Assembly: GCA_963829195.1 (NCBI GenBank)
Contig: CAWHHS010000006.1
Coordinates: forward strand, 798,006-862,005
From: an uncultured Actinomycetes bacterium
Lineage (GTDB): Bacteria; Actinomycetota; Acidimicrobiia; IMCC26256; PALSA-610
Length of the DNA stretch: 64,000 nucleotides
Direction: 5' to 3'
Shown here piece by piece: positions 36,640 through 47,779 of the stretch. The notes under the pieces are model-generated. The model searched no databases and was not told where the DNA came from. It saw only the letters and a list, made by a program, of their open reading frames with translations. How positions within the stretch are numbered: the stretch's first letter is position 1; every line of letters begins with the position of its first letter. A program made the translations under genes and the position numbers.

Positions 36640-38097
36640 TTATCGCATCCGCCCGGGCGACCCGACCCGGAAGACGAGCGGCCGCGACACTCCTATCCGT
36701 TGCGGGGCTCGATCAGCTTCGGAAGCCGCCCCGCCGCGAGCGCGGTCACGGCCGCGACGCCCGCGCACAGCGCGAAACGCGACGGTGGGCGCCGTGCCGG
36801 GCGCCCACGCGAGCGAGGCCCCGGCGGCCACGATCGCGCCCACGACGCCCGTGCCGAGGGCGACACCGAGCGTGTCGCACAACTGGAGCGACGCGCTGGC
36901 CGCGCCCTCCGCGCCCTCGGGTGCGCCCGAGAGCACGACGAGCGAGAGCGGCGCGTAGGACAGCCCCATCCCGAGCCCGGCGACACCCCACGCGAGCACG
37001 GCCCCGGCCGCCGGGAGCGCGGCCTGCGCGACGGCGATCATGATGCCGATTCCGGCGACGATCAGGAGCATCCCCGAACGCACGAATCGCTGCGGGCCGA
37101 CGCGCTGCACCAGACGCTCCTGCATCCACGCTCCGACCGTCCACGTCAGCGTCGCGACGGTGAGCGCGAGTCCGCCGAGCGCGATGCTCTCGCGGCGGAC
37201 CGACGTGACGGTGAACGCGACGTACGCGTCGGTCCCGAAGAACGCGAAGGTCGCGAGGCCGCGCAACGCGACCGCGGCGGGCAGCCCGCGTTCGAGACGG
37301 TGCGTCCCCGGCGGAACGAGATGCAGGAACGCGCGCGCGGCCACGATGAGCCCGACGACGACGAGGACGGGGGTCGCGATCAACGAATGCGCGGACGCGC
37401 CCGCGAGCACCAGACCGGCGCCGATCACGAGCACGACGGCGTCGCCGCGCCGATCGACCGGCTCCGCGCCGCCGGGCGGCCCGATCAGGTGCAGTGCGCG
37501 CGTCGTCGTCAACGCCGCGAAGGCGACGAGCGGCAGCAACCCGAGGAACACCCAGCGCCACCCGAACGCCTCGGCCACCGCGCCGCTGATCGCAGGGCCG
37601 ATCAGCCCGGGCAGCACCCACGCGGTCGACAGCACCGCGAACATGCGCGGCCGCAACTCGAGCGGGTACGAACGCCCGATCGCGACGTACGCGACCGCCG
37701 GGATCGCACCGGCGCCGATTCCCTGTACGGCCCGCGCGACGACGAGCGCGGCCATCGTCGGTGCGAGCCCACCGGCGCCGAGACCGACGGCGAACAGGAC
37801 GAGACCGAACATGAACGGGCGCGCCGGCCCGGAGCGATCGGCGGCGCGGCCCGCGGCGACGACGCCGAAGAGGTTCCCGAGGAAAAACGCGCTGAAGATC
37901 CAACCGAGCAGGCCGATGTCGTGCAGGTCGTCGTTGATCACCTTCACGATGGTCGCGACCGCGAGCCCCTCGAAGCCGACGAGCGTGATGGTGAAGAAGA
38001 GCCCGAGCGTCAGCGCGCGCCGGCCCGGTGCCAACACGCCGTCCGCGGTGACCTTGCCCGCGACGCCCGATGCCGTTCCGTCGTCGTCGATTTGCAC
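36640..38097 (-). CDS. MFS transporter (about 14-TM drug:H+ antiporter-like)
   Basis: GTG 38097 after an AT-rich spacer. GRAADRSGPARPF (motif A-like), many TM spans. The 626-aa ORF-track entry fuses it to the upstream small gene. Confidence 0.8.
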   Translation of the reverse strand: MQIDDDGTASGVAGKVTADGVLAPGRRALTLGLFFTITLVGFEGLAVATIVKVINDDLHDIGLLGWIFSAFFLGNLFGVVAAGRAADRSGPARPFMFGLVLFAVGLGAGGLAPTMAALVVARAVQGIGAGAIPAVAYVAIGRSYPLELRPRMFAVLSTAWVLPGLIGPAISGAVAEAFGWRWVFLGLLPLVAFAALTTTRALHLIGPPGGAEPVDRRGDAVVLVIGAGLVLAGASAHSLIATPVLVVVGLIVAARAFLHLVPPGTHRLERGLPAAVALRGLATFAFFGTDAYVAFTVTSVRRESIALGGLALTVATLTWTVGAWMQERLVQRVGPQRFVRSGMLLIVAGIGIMIAVAQAALPAAGAVLAWGVAGLGMGLSYAPLSLVVLSGAPEGAEGAASASLQLCDTLGVALGTGVVGAIVAAGASLAWAPGTAPTVAFRAVRGRRGRDRARGGAASEADRAPQRIGVSRPLVFRVGSPGRMR

Positions 38098-38143
38098 AAG
38101 TATATGGTTGCTGAAATCCCCTGTGCCCGGCCCGCGGGCGCGC

Positions 38144-38520
38144 TCAAGGGTTGAGCGAGGTCCCCGGGGGCGCCTGGCGGGACTCGGTCCACCGCACGCC
38201 GTCCCACCACCGCAGGGCCGCACCACCGCCGGGGTCGGGATACCAACCCGCGGGCGGCGCGAGCGGGCCGGGCGCGCCCGCGTAGGGCGCGCGGCCGACG
38301 CGATACCGAGGACCGCATCGCGCTTGGCGAACTGCCAGACGAGCGCACCGATGAGACCGGCCAGGACCACGATGAGGACCCAGGTCACCTTTTCACTCTG
38401 CGCCGCCCGGAACTGCTGCTCCGGAATGCGTGCGACCTCGACGATCTTGAGCACCCAGAACACGAAGCCGAAGATCCAGACGCCGAAGAAGAAGAGGAAG
38501 AAGAACCCGCCGAGAATCAC
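38144..38520 (-). CDS. small membrane protein: PLDc_N-like N-terminus + DUF2510-like C-terminus; one frame break
   Basis: MILGGFFFLFFFGVWIFGFVFWVLKIVEVARIPE...KVTWVLIVVLAGLIGALVWQF, then (other frame) PAGWYPDPGGGAALRWWDGVRWTE...stop 38144. Break near 38295. Confidence 0.6.
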
Positions 38521-38559
38521 GGCGTCATCCTCTCACGCCGCGGGCCGGCCCGCGACCGG

Positions 38560-40118
38560 TCACCCGCGCGGTCGGTCGCCGCCGACGATCCCGGTCACGG
38601 TGCGCGGACGGGGCGTCGCCACCAACGGCCAGGGCATCTCGCGCTCGGCCGCGAGCGCGACGTCGAAGAGCAGGTCGTCGGCGTGATGGCGGGCGAGGAC
38701 CTGCATGCCGACGGGGAGCCCGCCGACGTCGCCGCTCGGGATCGACACCGCGGGATTGCCGTAGATGTTCGAGATGATCGTGAGCGCGCCCATGTGGACG
38801 AGGTCGGGGAAACGCTCCGACACGACGTCGAGCATCGCCGACGGCAGCCTGGGGAACGCCGCGCCCGCGAACCGCACGCCCCCCATGGCGGCGCGAAAGC
38901 CCAGCTGCGCGAACCGGTTCGACTTGGCCCAGTCGATGAAGCTCGCCGACGAGCTGCTCAGCGCGGCGTCGGCCGCGAACGCGGGCCCGGGATTGGTCGC
39001 GGCGATGACGAAGTCGACCTCGTCGAACGCAGCCGCCATCGCCTCGTTGGCGCGCATGCGTTGTTCCTCGGCGACGGCCGCGGTGTGCAGGTTGTACATC
39101 GACTGCGCGAGCAGGAGCCCGACCGTCAGCTCGTCGGTCAGCTCCGCCGCGCAGCGCGGCCACCGGTCGCCGAGATCGGCGAGCAGTGTCGCGAGGTTGC
39201 CCATCATCCACTGCGCCGCGAGGTTCGGCACGTCGATGTCGAGATCGACCTCGATCATCCCGGTTGCGGCAATCAGCGTCGCGGCCGACGCGCGCAGGTG
39301 GTCCTCGACGCCCGGCTCGAGCGTGCCCGCCGCCGAGCGCGGGAACGACCGCGACGCGCCGGCCCGCGAGGTCGTTCGCACCGAGACCGGCTTCCCATCC
39401 CGGTCGAGCGGGCAGGCTCCACGGATCGCGCGCGTCGTAACCGGCGCACACGTCGAAGTACCGCGCCGCGTCGCGTACCGATCGCGCGAGACAGCCGAGC
39501 ACGATCGTGCCGGGCCGGAAGTATGCGTGCGGACCGCGCGGGATCCGGCCGTAGGTGCCCTTCATCCCGACGAGGCCCGTGTACCCGGCGGGGATGCGGA
39601 TCGATCCCCCGCCGTCGCCACCGGTCGCGAGCGGGACGAGCCCGCCGACGACCGCGGCCGCGCTCCCGCCCGAGGAACCGCCGACCGTCCGGCCGTACCG
39701 CCAGGGGTTGTGGGTGACGCCGTTCAACTTCGTGACGCTCACGTTGAGGCCGCCGAACTCGCTCGCGGTCGTGAGGCCGACGGGAACCGCACCGCCCCCG
39801 CCGAGCAGGCGCTCGACGACGGTGCTCGTGTGGTTCGCGACGCGATCGCGGAAGACCAGCGACCCTTCGGTCTGCGGCCAGCCGGCGACCGGTTCGAGCT
39901 CCTTCACGCCGACGGGAACACCACCGAACGGAAGGGCGACGTCGGCGTGCTCGACCGCCTTCGCGCGCCCGTTCCTCGTCGACGAACGAGAAGCAGTTGA
40001 GGTCGCTGCGCGCGATCGCGGCCAGCGTCGCTTCGAGCTCCTCGCGGGGCGAGCGTTCGCGCCGGCGGAACGCGTCGACGAGCGAACTGGCGTCGCCGGC
40101 CCAGGTGTCGCCACTCAT
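38560..40118 (-). pseudogene. amidase-signature (AS) family amidase; 2 frame breaks
   Basis: MSGDTWAGDASSLVDAFRRRERSPREELEA..., then GVPVGVKE...GGSSGGSAAAVVGG...ATGGDGGGSIRIPA (AS Ser-cisSer-Lys core), then a C-terminal third ending at 38560. Breaks near 39960 and 39340, both +1. ATGA overlap with the EcfS stop. Confidence 0.75.
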
Positions 40119-40936
40119 GGGCCGATGATGCCATCGGGCGCCGCGCCCGCGCCCGTCGACCGCGCCCGCTTCGGGCCGGAACTCGACGGGCGCCCGGAAC
40201 GAGGCCCGCCGCGCCGCCCGCCGGAAGGTCGCGAGCGCGGCGGGACCGAGCAGCAGGATGCAGCCGAGGTTGGTGATCGCGCGGCCGGTGTCCCAGCCGA
40301 GCGAGGTGGTCGCGTCGAACAGGAGGTAACGGTGCAGCTGGGTCGCGAAGGCGGCACCGGGCAGGTACGCGATCGAGCTACCGGGATCGACCGAGAACGG
40401 CCAGAACTGCAGATTGAGCATGAAGCCGAAGAAGTAGCCGGCGAGCACGCCGTACGCGGCCAGCATCGCGAGCTCGCGCTTCCCCGGCACTGCGGCAGGA
40501 GGCCGGCGAACATCCCGACCCACGCACAGCCGAACATCTGGTACGGCATCCACGGCCCGACACCACCGGTGATGATCGCCGACGCGAACAGCGACGTGCA
40601 GCCGAGCGTGAACCCGAAGCCCGGACCGAAGACGCGGCCTGCGAACACGAGGGTGAAGAAGACGAGCTCGATGCCGGCCGTACCCGCGCCCAGCGGACGC
40701 AGTGCCGCGTTGAGTGCCGACAACACGCCGAGCATCGCCAGCGCCTTCGCGTCGATGCCGCCGTCGGCGATCTCCGCGAACACGACCGCCAGCACGAGCA
40801 ACAGGAGGACGCCGAACATGAGCGGCGCCGTATACGCACTGCCGAACTTGCCCGGCGCGAGCACGAAGGGCCACAAGAAGCACACGAAGCCGACCAACGT
40901 CGCGAGCGCGGCGGCGGCGACCGAACGGCGCTGCAT
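40115..40936 (-). pseudogene. ECF transporter S (substrate-capture) component, specificity unknown; at least 2 frame breaks
   Basis: Frame-1 piece: six-TM-type sequence LATLVGFVCFLWPF...GIELVFFTLVFAGRVFGPGFGF...GPWMPYQMFGCAWVGMFAGLL. Piece in a second frame: AVPGKRELAMLAAYGVLAGYFFGFMLNLQFWPFS. The length from ATG 40936 to the stop at 40115 is a multiple of 3, so the shifts compensate. Confidence 0.65.
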
Positions 40937-41006
40937 GCGGATGACCGCGCGCCCACGGCGCGTTCCGCGTGCGCGTGCGTCCGGCCGGGGCTCGCCGCGG
41001 TCGCCG

Positions 41007-42639
41007 TCACCGCAGCACCGCCCGTTCGAGCGCGAGAGCGACCTGTTCGACGGTCAGGTACGGCGAGCGGGGCGAGGATCTTCGCGACCTGGGGCGCGAA
41101 CGCGGGCGACGAGACGACGACGTCGGCCGTCGGCCCGTCGGCGACGATGTCGCCCTCGGCCATCACGACGACCCGATCGGCCGCGGACGCGACGAACTCG
41201 ACGTCGTGGGTCGCGACGACCACGGCCCGGCCTTCGGCTGCGAGCCCGTCGACGATCCGCACGAGCGCGCGCTTGGCTTCGTAGTCGAGCCCGCGGGTCG
41301 GCTCGTCGAGCAGCACGACCGGCGGCGCGGCGCGCAGTTGCACGGCGAGCACGAGCGCGAGCCGTTGCCCCTCCGAGAGGTCGCGCGGGTGCAGCGCGTC
41401 GGGGATACCCGGGCGCGAGCCGGTCGAGCAGCGCGCGCGCCGGCGGCGACGACGAGTCGTGCGATTCGGCGTCGGCCTGGTCGCAACTCGGCGCGGACGG
41501 TCTCCAGGTAGAGCAGGTCGGCCGGGGTCTGCGGGCACGAGACCGACGAGCGCGCGCGCGCCCGCGCGGCGGAGAGCGTCTTCGGATCGCTCCCGCCGAC
41601 GTCGACGATGCCGCTCTGACGTTTGCCCGAACCCTGGATCGCCCAGAGCAACGACGACTTCCCGGAGCCGTTGCGCCCCATCAGCGCGGTCACCTCGCCC
41701 GCGGCGAGATCGAGATCGACGCCGCGCACCGCGACGACGTCGCCGTACCGCACGACGATCCTGCGGCAGCGACACGACGGTGCGGTTCGTGCGAACCCGG
41801 GCGGGCACCGGGGCCGGCGGGTCCGGTGCGAGGACGCCGCGCAGGTCGCTCGGCGCAGCGCGCCGTGCGTCGCGCACCGACAACGGCAACGGTTCCCAGC
41901 GCGCCAGCCGGCCGAGCTCGACGACCGGCGGCGCCACCGTCGTGGTCGCGAACATCGCGGCCGGCGGGCCTTCGGTCACGGTGCCGTCACCGGCGAGATG
42001 CACGACCCGGTCGGCGTACTGCACGACCCGTTCGAGCCGGTGCTCGGCCAGCACGACCGTGACGCCGAGGTCGTGCACCAGCCGGGTGATCGCCGCGAGC
42101 ACCTCCTCGGCCGCGGTCGGGTCGAGCGCCGAGGTCGGCTCGTCGAGCACGAGCACGCGCGGGTGCGGCGTGAGCACTGCGCCGATCGCGACCCGCTGCT
42201 GCTGACCGCCCGAGATCTCGTGCAGCGCGCGGTAGCGCAGCTCCGCGAGCCCGAGCAGGTCGAGCGTCTCCTCGACGCGCTTGCGCATCACGGCGGGCGC
42301 GACCGCGAGCTGCTCCATGCCGTAGGCGAGCTCCTCCTCGACGGTGTCGGTGACGAAACCCGCCAGCGGATCCTGACCGACGACACCGACGATGTCGGCG
42401 AGCTCGCGCGGCGGGTGCGTCGCCGTATCGCGGCCGCCGACGGTGACCCGACCTTCGAGCAGCCCGCCGGTGAAGTGCGGGACGAGACCGTTGATCGCGC
42501 CGAGGAGCGTCGACTTGCCCGCACCGGTGCGCCCGACGACGAGGCACAGCTCGCCTTCGGCAATGTGCAGATTCACGTCGCGCAGCACCGGCGCGGGAGC
42601 GTCGGTGTACGTGATGCTGACGCGGTCGAAGTCGATCAT
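41007..42639 (-). pseudogene. ECF transporter duplicated ATPase (EcfA-EcfA' fusion); at least 5 frame breaks
   Basis: First cassette is intact: GRTGAGKSTLL, SGGQQQRVAIG, VLVLDEPTS, AEHR. The second cassette is split across frames: GRNGSGKSSLL / LVGLVP / QTPADLLYLETV / LSEGQRLALVLAV, VVLLDEPT, ATHD / YLTVEQVALALERAVLR-stop. Confidence 0.8.
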
Positions 42640-43830
42640 GCCGGCACGCCCGCGCGTTCGAGCTCCGGGGCCGACTCGGCCGGCGGCTGCGGTCGGGGCG
42701 GAACTTCGTGGCGGTGTGGTCGCGGCGGCGGGGGCGCGACGATGCCGGCGAGCGCGGCGACGAGGATCGCGACCGTCGGGACGATCGGCAGCGCAGGGAA
42801 ATGCAGCGGGGAGAACGACGGGTTCAGGTCGGCCGCGCCGAACTGTGTGCTCGCGTACAGGAGCGTCGCGGTCACGAGGCCGCAGCCGGCGACGATCCAC
42901 TCCGGCGCGCGCCAGGGATCGGGGCGGTAGTTGCTGCGCGTCACGCGGCGGCCTCCGAGCGAGAGCCCCGCGCAACAGAGCGCCGCGCCCACGAGGATCG
43001 TGGGAAGACCGAGCGCGCGCGGCGAGGTGCTGTCGAGCAGGCCGTAGGCACCCGCGGCACAGGCCGAGCATGCCGGCGAGCATCAGCACCGCGGTGATCC
43101 GGCGCGTGGTCCGGGTCGCGGTTCCCGTGCGCCCGTAGCCGCGCGAGTCCATCGCCGCGGCGAGCAGCATCGATCGTTCGAGCGCGTCCTCGAGCACCGG
43201 GATGGCGATGCTGCGCAACGCGCGCAGTCCCTTGCTCCGGCCCGCGCGCAACCGCCGCGCGCGCGTCACCCGCTGGACGCTCTCGACGAGCTGGGGCGCG
43301 ACACTGATCGCGATGACGACGGCGACGCCGAGCTCGTAGAGCGCGCCGGGCAGCACGCGCAGGGCCCGCTTCGGGTTCGCGAGCGCGTTCGCGGCGCCGA
43401 TGCAGCAGATGAGCGTGCCCAGTCGCAGCCCGTCGGCGGCCGCCGAGAGCGTTGCCTCCAACGACACCGCCCCACCGATCCGGACACCCGAGTACCAGCT
43501 CGGGGTCGAGACCTGCGGCAGCCGGAAGAGCACGTGGTCACCGGGCGCGATCCCGGAGCCGAACACCGAACGGAACGCGACGCGGAGGGCGATCACGACG
43601 ACGCCGAGCACGAGGTAGTACTTGAAGGCTCGCGCCCAGGGTGCTTCCGTGCGCCGGCTCACCACCACGAACGCCAGGACACCGAGGACGAGCGCCAGCA
43701 GCAACGGGTTGGTGGTTCGGTTCACCGCGACCGCGAGCCCGAGCGCCCAGATCCACCATGCGATCGGGTGGAGCGCACGCGGGAGCCGCTGGGCGTCGCT
43801 CAACGCGTACGCGCGCGGCGAGGCGGTCAC
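42636..43830 (-). CDS. ECF transporter T component (EcfT/CbiQ family); one frame break
   Basis: HPIAWWIWALGLAVAV..., RALRVLPGALYELGVAVVIAISVAPQLVESVQRVTRARRLRAG (coupling-helix Arg motifs). The C-terminus is in the frame of 42636..42992. Break near 43040. GTGA overlap upstream and ATGA downstream. Confidence 0.75.
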
Positions 43831-44801
43831 GCTTCCGCCCGGCGGCGCCGGACCGAGACCGCGGCGGCCGCCCCGCCCAACCCGGCGATCAACCCGAGCG
43901 CGATCACCAGCGGAAACGCCGAACCCGCCGACGCACCGCCGCGCGGCGCCGGTTGCGCGTCGACGATCTTCGGGCTCGACGCGGCGAGCGCGGCCGATCG
44001 CGCGCCGGCGGTGGGCGCGATCGTCGTCGACAATGCGGACGCGACACTCGGCGCCGCGCTTCGCTTCGTACCGGCGGTCGACGTCGACGTCGTGCCGGTT
44101 CCGGCGATGCCACCCGCCCGCGTGCTGCCCGTGGTCACGGAACCCGACGGAGACGGACCCGATGCCACGGACGCGCCGGCCGGGTTCATCGGGTGCGCCG
44201 TCGTCGGCGGCGTGGTCGCACGCGTGGACGCGGTGGTGTGCGGCACCGTGACGGGTTCGGTGTTCTCGGCACGAACCGCGTCGGGACCGAACGTCGGGGG
44301 CGACGGCCCCGCGGTCCCGGCCGCACCCCCGAACGTCCACAGCTCCACCGCGCCCGCCTGCGGGACGTCGCTCATCGCGCCGCGGGGGCTGTAGGTCCAT
44401 GCGCGCTGCCCGGCCGGTGCGACCCAGAACGCCCAGGACGCGTTCGCGGGCGGCGTGAGAACGCACCGGTCGTCCGAGGGTGTCGGGTACTGCGTCCCGT
44501 TCCCGAACGCCGCGTTGCCGACGCGACACACGAACCCGGGCCCGTCGTGCACGTCGCCGCTGGTGACGAAGCCCGCCGCGTGCAGCAGCGCATAGCCGCT
44601 CGCCGCACGCACGCCGCAACCGCGCACGACCGGCCCGCCGAAATGCGAGAAGTCGACCGCGACGATGGTGCCGATCTGCGTGCTGCAGTTCCCGATCGGA
44701 TCGGCGCCGGCGGCCACGACGCTCGCCGCCGTGATCACACCACCGAGCACGATCATCACCATCATCAGTGCGGCCGCGCCACCGCGGCGGAGCGCGTTCA
44801 C
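43827..44801 (-). CDS. membrane-anchored DUF4430-like (transcobalamin beta-domain-like) protein
   Basis: Intact. N-terminal TM AAALMMVMIVLGGVITAASVV. Then VDFSHFGG...GYALLHAAGF...GFVCRVG...CVLTPPANASWAFWVAP...WTYSPRGA...AVELWTF. A Thr/Ser/Pro linker follows, then a C-terminal TM plus RRRR. Confidence 0.65.
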   Translation of the reverse strand: MNALRRGGAAALMMVMIVLGGVITAASVVAAGADPIGNCSTQIGTIVAVDFSHFGGPVVRGCGVRAASGYALLHAAGFVTSGDVHDGPGFVCRVGNAAFGNGTQYPTPSDDRCVLTPPANASWAFWVAPAGQRAWTYSPRGAMSDVPQAGAVELWTFGGAAGTAGPSPPTFGPDAVRAENTEPVTVPHTTASTRATTPPTTAHPMNPAGASVASGPSPSGSVTTGSTRAGGIAGTGTTSTSTAGTKRSAAPSVASALSTTIAPTAGARSAALAASSPKIVDAQPAPRGGASAGSAFPLVIALGLIAGLGGAAAAVSVRRRRAEA

Positions 44802-46121
44802 GGTCCGTCCGGGCCGCGGCGCCGGCGCGTCGCGAACGTCAGGCTCGTGCCCACGACGAGCAGCACGACCACCACCACAGCCGCGGCCGCGGCATCGGTC
44901 CCCGTCGCGGGCAGCGTCGCCGGCGGGACGGTCGACGCGGGCGGCGTGGGTACTGACGCAGGCGCCACGCGAACCGTTGTCGTCGACGACACCGGCGGCC
45001 GCGTCACCGTCGTCGTGGAGACCGCGGTCGTAGAGGTCGAGCCGCCGCCATCCGGCGCTCGACGTGACGTCGTCGGACAATGTTCCGAACGACGTGCCGA
45101 CGAAGCCGCCGACGACCTGGGCCGACGCGCGCACGTCCGAGCCGGACTGGCCGGCCCCGACGTCGAACCCGCCGTCGGCGTTCTGCTCGCCGGCGAGGAA
45201 CGAGGCGGCCTTTGCGATCTGCGTCGCGTACCTCGGGCCCGCGAGCGAGAGCCCTTGGATGGCGAGCGCGGCAGAGTTGGTCGACTCCCCCGCCGTCCCG
45301 GTGAATCCGCCGTCGCTTCGCTGTCGTTGCGCGATCCACGTCTCGGCCTTCGTCACCGCCGCGGTCGCGGCCGGATCGGTGCCGACGAGCGCGAGCGCCA
45401 TCGCGGCCATCGCGGTGCTGTCGACATCCGCGTCACCGGTCGACGGCAGGAGGCTGGGCCACGCGCCGTCACTGTTCTGCAGGGTCTCGAGATACGCGAT
45501 CGCCGGCGCGGCACCCGCGTGGTCGCCGGCGCGGAGTTGCGCGATGATCCCCGACGCCTGCGCGAACGTCGACGTCGCGAACAGGAAGTTCCCCGGCGCG
45601 CTGCACCCGTTGGCGACGTCGGCCGTCGTGCAGATGATCCCGTCGAGCGCGGCGATCAGGTCGTGACCGCCGAAGTGACGGGGATCGAAGCCCGTCGCTT
45701 CGGCCAGCAATGCTTCTTTGCCGATCGAACCACCCGTGGCGAACGCGGTACCGATGCCCGTCCAGTCGTTCACCGATTGTCCCGACGGGTCCTTCGTCGC
45801 GTGATCGAGGAGGTCGACGACCTTCCTCAGCGTCGGGTTGTCGGTCCCGGCCGCGGCGAGCGCGAACGCGCCGTCGACGGTCAGACCGAAATCCGCGAAC
45901 CCGGGGAACGACTCGTAGTAGCCGTCCGTGCCGAGGCTCGTCCCGTCGTGCACGCCGTTCGCGCCCGTCGTCGTGGTGAGGTAGTGCACGGCCGCGGCAA
46001 GGTTCGGGGTCGGCGCCGCGGATGCGGGTGCGGCGACACCGAGCACGAGACCGAGCGCGACGATCACGCCCGCCCCGACGCCGCGCCGCTCGAACCTTGC
46101 CGGTGTGCCACCTCTGTACAT
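44798..46121 (-). CDS. LPATG-anchored alpha/alpha-toroid (prenyltransferase/squalene-cyclase repeat-like) surface protein; one frame break
   Basis: Signal peptide GVIVALGLVLGVAAPASA. Repeats QNSDGAWPS, RQRSDGGFTG, EQNADGGFDV. Then (next frame) a Thr/Pro linker ...ATLPATGTDAAAAAVVVVVLLVVGTSLTFATRRRR. Break near 45065. GGAG SD before ATG 46121. Confidence 0.7.
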
Positions 46122-46170
46122 CTCCGCACCCTTCGCTGGTGTCGACCGTGGCGTCGCGCCCGGACCGCGC

Positions 46171-47686
46171 CTACTTCCCCCGCCGGATCTGCCCGGGCGT
46201 CTTCGACGGTGTCGCGGCCGCGCCGAACGCCCACGCGTCGATGCTGCCGAGCGGCGGCACGTAGGTCGCCGCGCCGGTCGTCGCGTAGGTCCACGTCGTC
46301 GCACCGGCGAGCGCGTGGTAGTAGCTCCAGTACGCGGTCGACGGCGGCGTCGACACGCACGCCTGCTGCGCGGGCGACGGCAGGTCGTCGATACGGCAGA
46401 TGAACGCGAAGCCGTAGTGGGTCGTCCCCGCGGGCGTGAAGCCCGCGTTCTGCAGCGCGGCGAGCCCCGACGACTGCTTCCCGGGCGCGCAACGCGTCTG
46501 CACGCCGAGGTTGAACGCGGTGAAGTCGACGCTCACGGTCACGCCCGTCCGCTTCGGGCAGCGGCCCGCGGTTCCGGCGAGCGCGGTCGGACGCGACGCG
46601 TCGGCGCCGCGGCACGACACCGACGGCACACGCGTCGACGGTGTCGAGGCCGCGAGCGGGAACGTGTGCAGCGCGGCCGCGGGCACGGCCTGCACCGTCG
46701 CGAACGTGTTCGGGCGTGCGGCTGCCGGGGAAGAAGAACGCGCCGCGCGCGTCGACGGGATCCGTGCAGCCGAGCTGGAAGCTCCGCAGCGCGGCCATCG
46801 CCGCGCCCGGCCCGGCGTGCTCGGCCAGCAGCGCCTGGATCGTCAGCGCGGTCGAATCGGGATCCGACGGCTGGCCCGGCGCGGCGAGGAACGGGTAACC
46901 GCCGTCGGCCGATTCGATGCCGTGCAGTGCCGTGAGCACGCGGTGCGCCTTCGGAAAGCGTCCGTACGCGGCGAGTCCCTGCACGGCCATCGACGTGCTG
47001 TTCGTGTCGGGACCCGCGAACGTGTCGGGGTCGGCGGCCGGGCACGGAACGGACACGTCCGCCCGGTACGACGTCCACAGGCCGTTGTCGCACTGTTGCG
47101 CCTCGAGCCAGGCCAACGCGTTCGTGACGCGGTGCTCCCCGACCCCGGCGGCTGCGAGCGCCGCGAGCGCGACCCCCTCGCGGAACGATCCGTCGAACGA
47201 CGGGTCGGCGGACCCGAAGAGACCCGCATCCGAGCCGGAGGTGCGCTCGGTGGCGAGCAGCCGGTCGACGAGGTCGTTCTGCGGCAGCCGGCCGCCGAAG
47301 CGGTGCGGGTCCTGTCCCGACGCGACGGCGGCCATGACGACGTAGCCGAGCAGCGCCGGATCGTCGTTCCCGTCGGAGCCCTGCAGGTTCCCGAGTTGCG
47401 TCTGCAAGAACGCGATCGCGTGGCGGGCCTGGACCGCGCCGACGCCCGCCGCGTGCAAGCCGAGCACCGCGTAGGCGGTGTCGCTCACGTCGGCCGCGCC
47501 GAACGAAACGAGATGACCGCCGTTCGCGTCGATCTGGCGGGCGAGATACGCGGCACCGACGCGGGCCGAGTTCGCCGGCGGTGCGGGGGCGACGGCGGCC
47601 GCCGTGGCCGAGGGCGGCTCGGAAGCGAGCAACCCGCAGCTCAGGGCGACGCTGATCGCAAGTGTGGTGAGTCTTCCGGTGAGCAC
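46171..47686 (-). CDS. secreted alpha/alpha-toroid + DUF4430-like fusion (full transcobalamin-like architecture); one frame break
   Basis: GTG 47686 after an AGGGGGA SD. Signal peptide LTTLAISVALSCGLLAS. Repeats QIDANGGHL, QQCDNGLW, IESADGGYP. Then (next frame) VSVDFTAFNLG...GLAALQNAGF...GFAFICRIDDLP...CVSTPPSTAYWSYYHA...WTYATTGA...SIDAWAF. Break near 46720. Confidence 0.7.
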
Positions 47687-47760
47687 CTGATCCCCCTTGA
47701 CGGTGGGAACGGCGAGAGGCACCCGCGCGGTTCCCGCCCCGTCTCGAGGAGGGGGATCGC
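47684..47760 (-). promoter_or_regulatory. putative SD-sequestering helix (riboswitch expression platform)
   Basis: Minus-strand GATCCCCCT (47758-47750) is perfectly complementary to AGGGGGATC (47697-47689), which contains the SD 2 nt upstream of GTG 47686. Confidence 0.5.
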
Positions 47761-47779
47761 CCAGGCTCCGACGCGCAGT

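Noticed and set aside
36640-38520. 626-aa ORF suggesting a fused PLDc_N-MFS protein
   Set aside because: A DUF2510-type C-terminus with its own stop (38144) lies in the adjacent frame. An AT-rich spacer precedes GTG 38097. This is best read as two genes.
40378-44619. 1413-aa minus-strand ORF, which looks like a giant protein
   Set aside because: It is a read-through composite. It contains real EcfT and EcfA segments in frame, but also non-coding-looking Arg-rich stretches. The internal GTGA/ATGA gene junctions show it is several genes.
43641-46403. 920-aa plus-strand ORF
   Set aside because: Extremely Arg-rich antisense translation of the toroid/DUF4430 genes, with no recognisable motifs.
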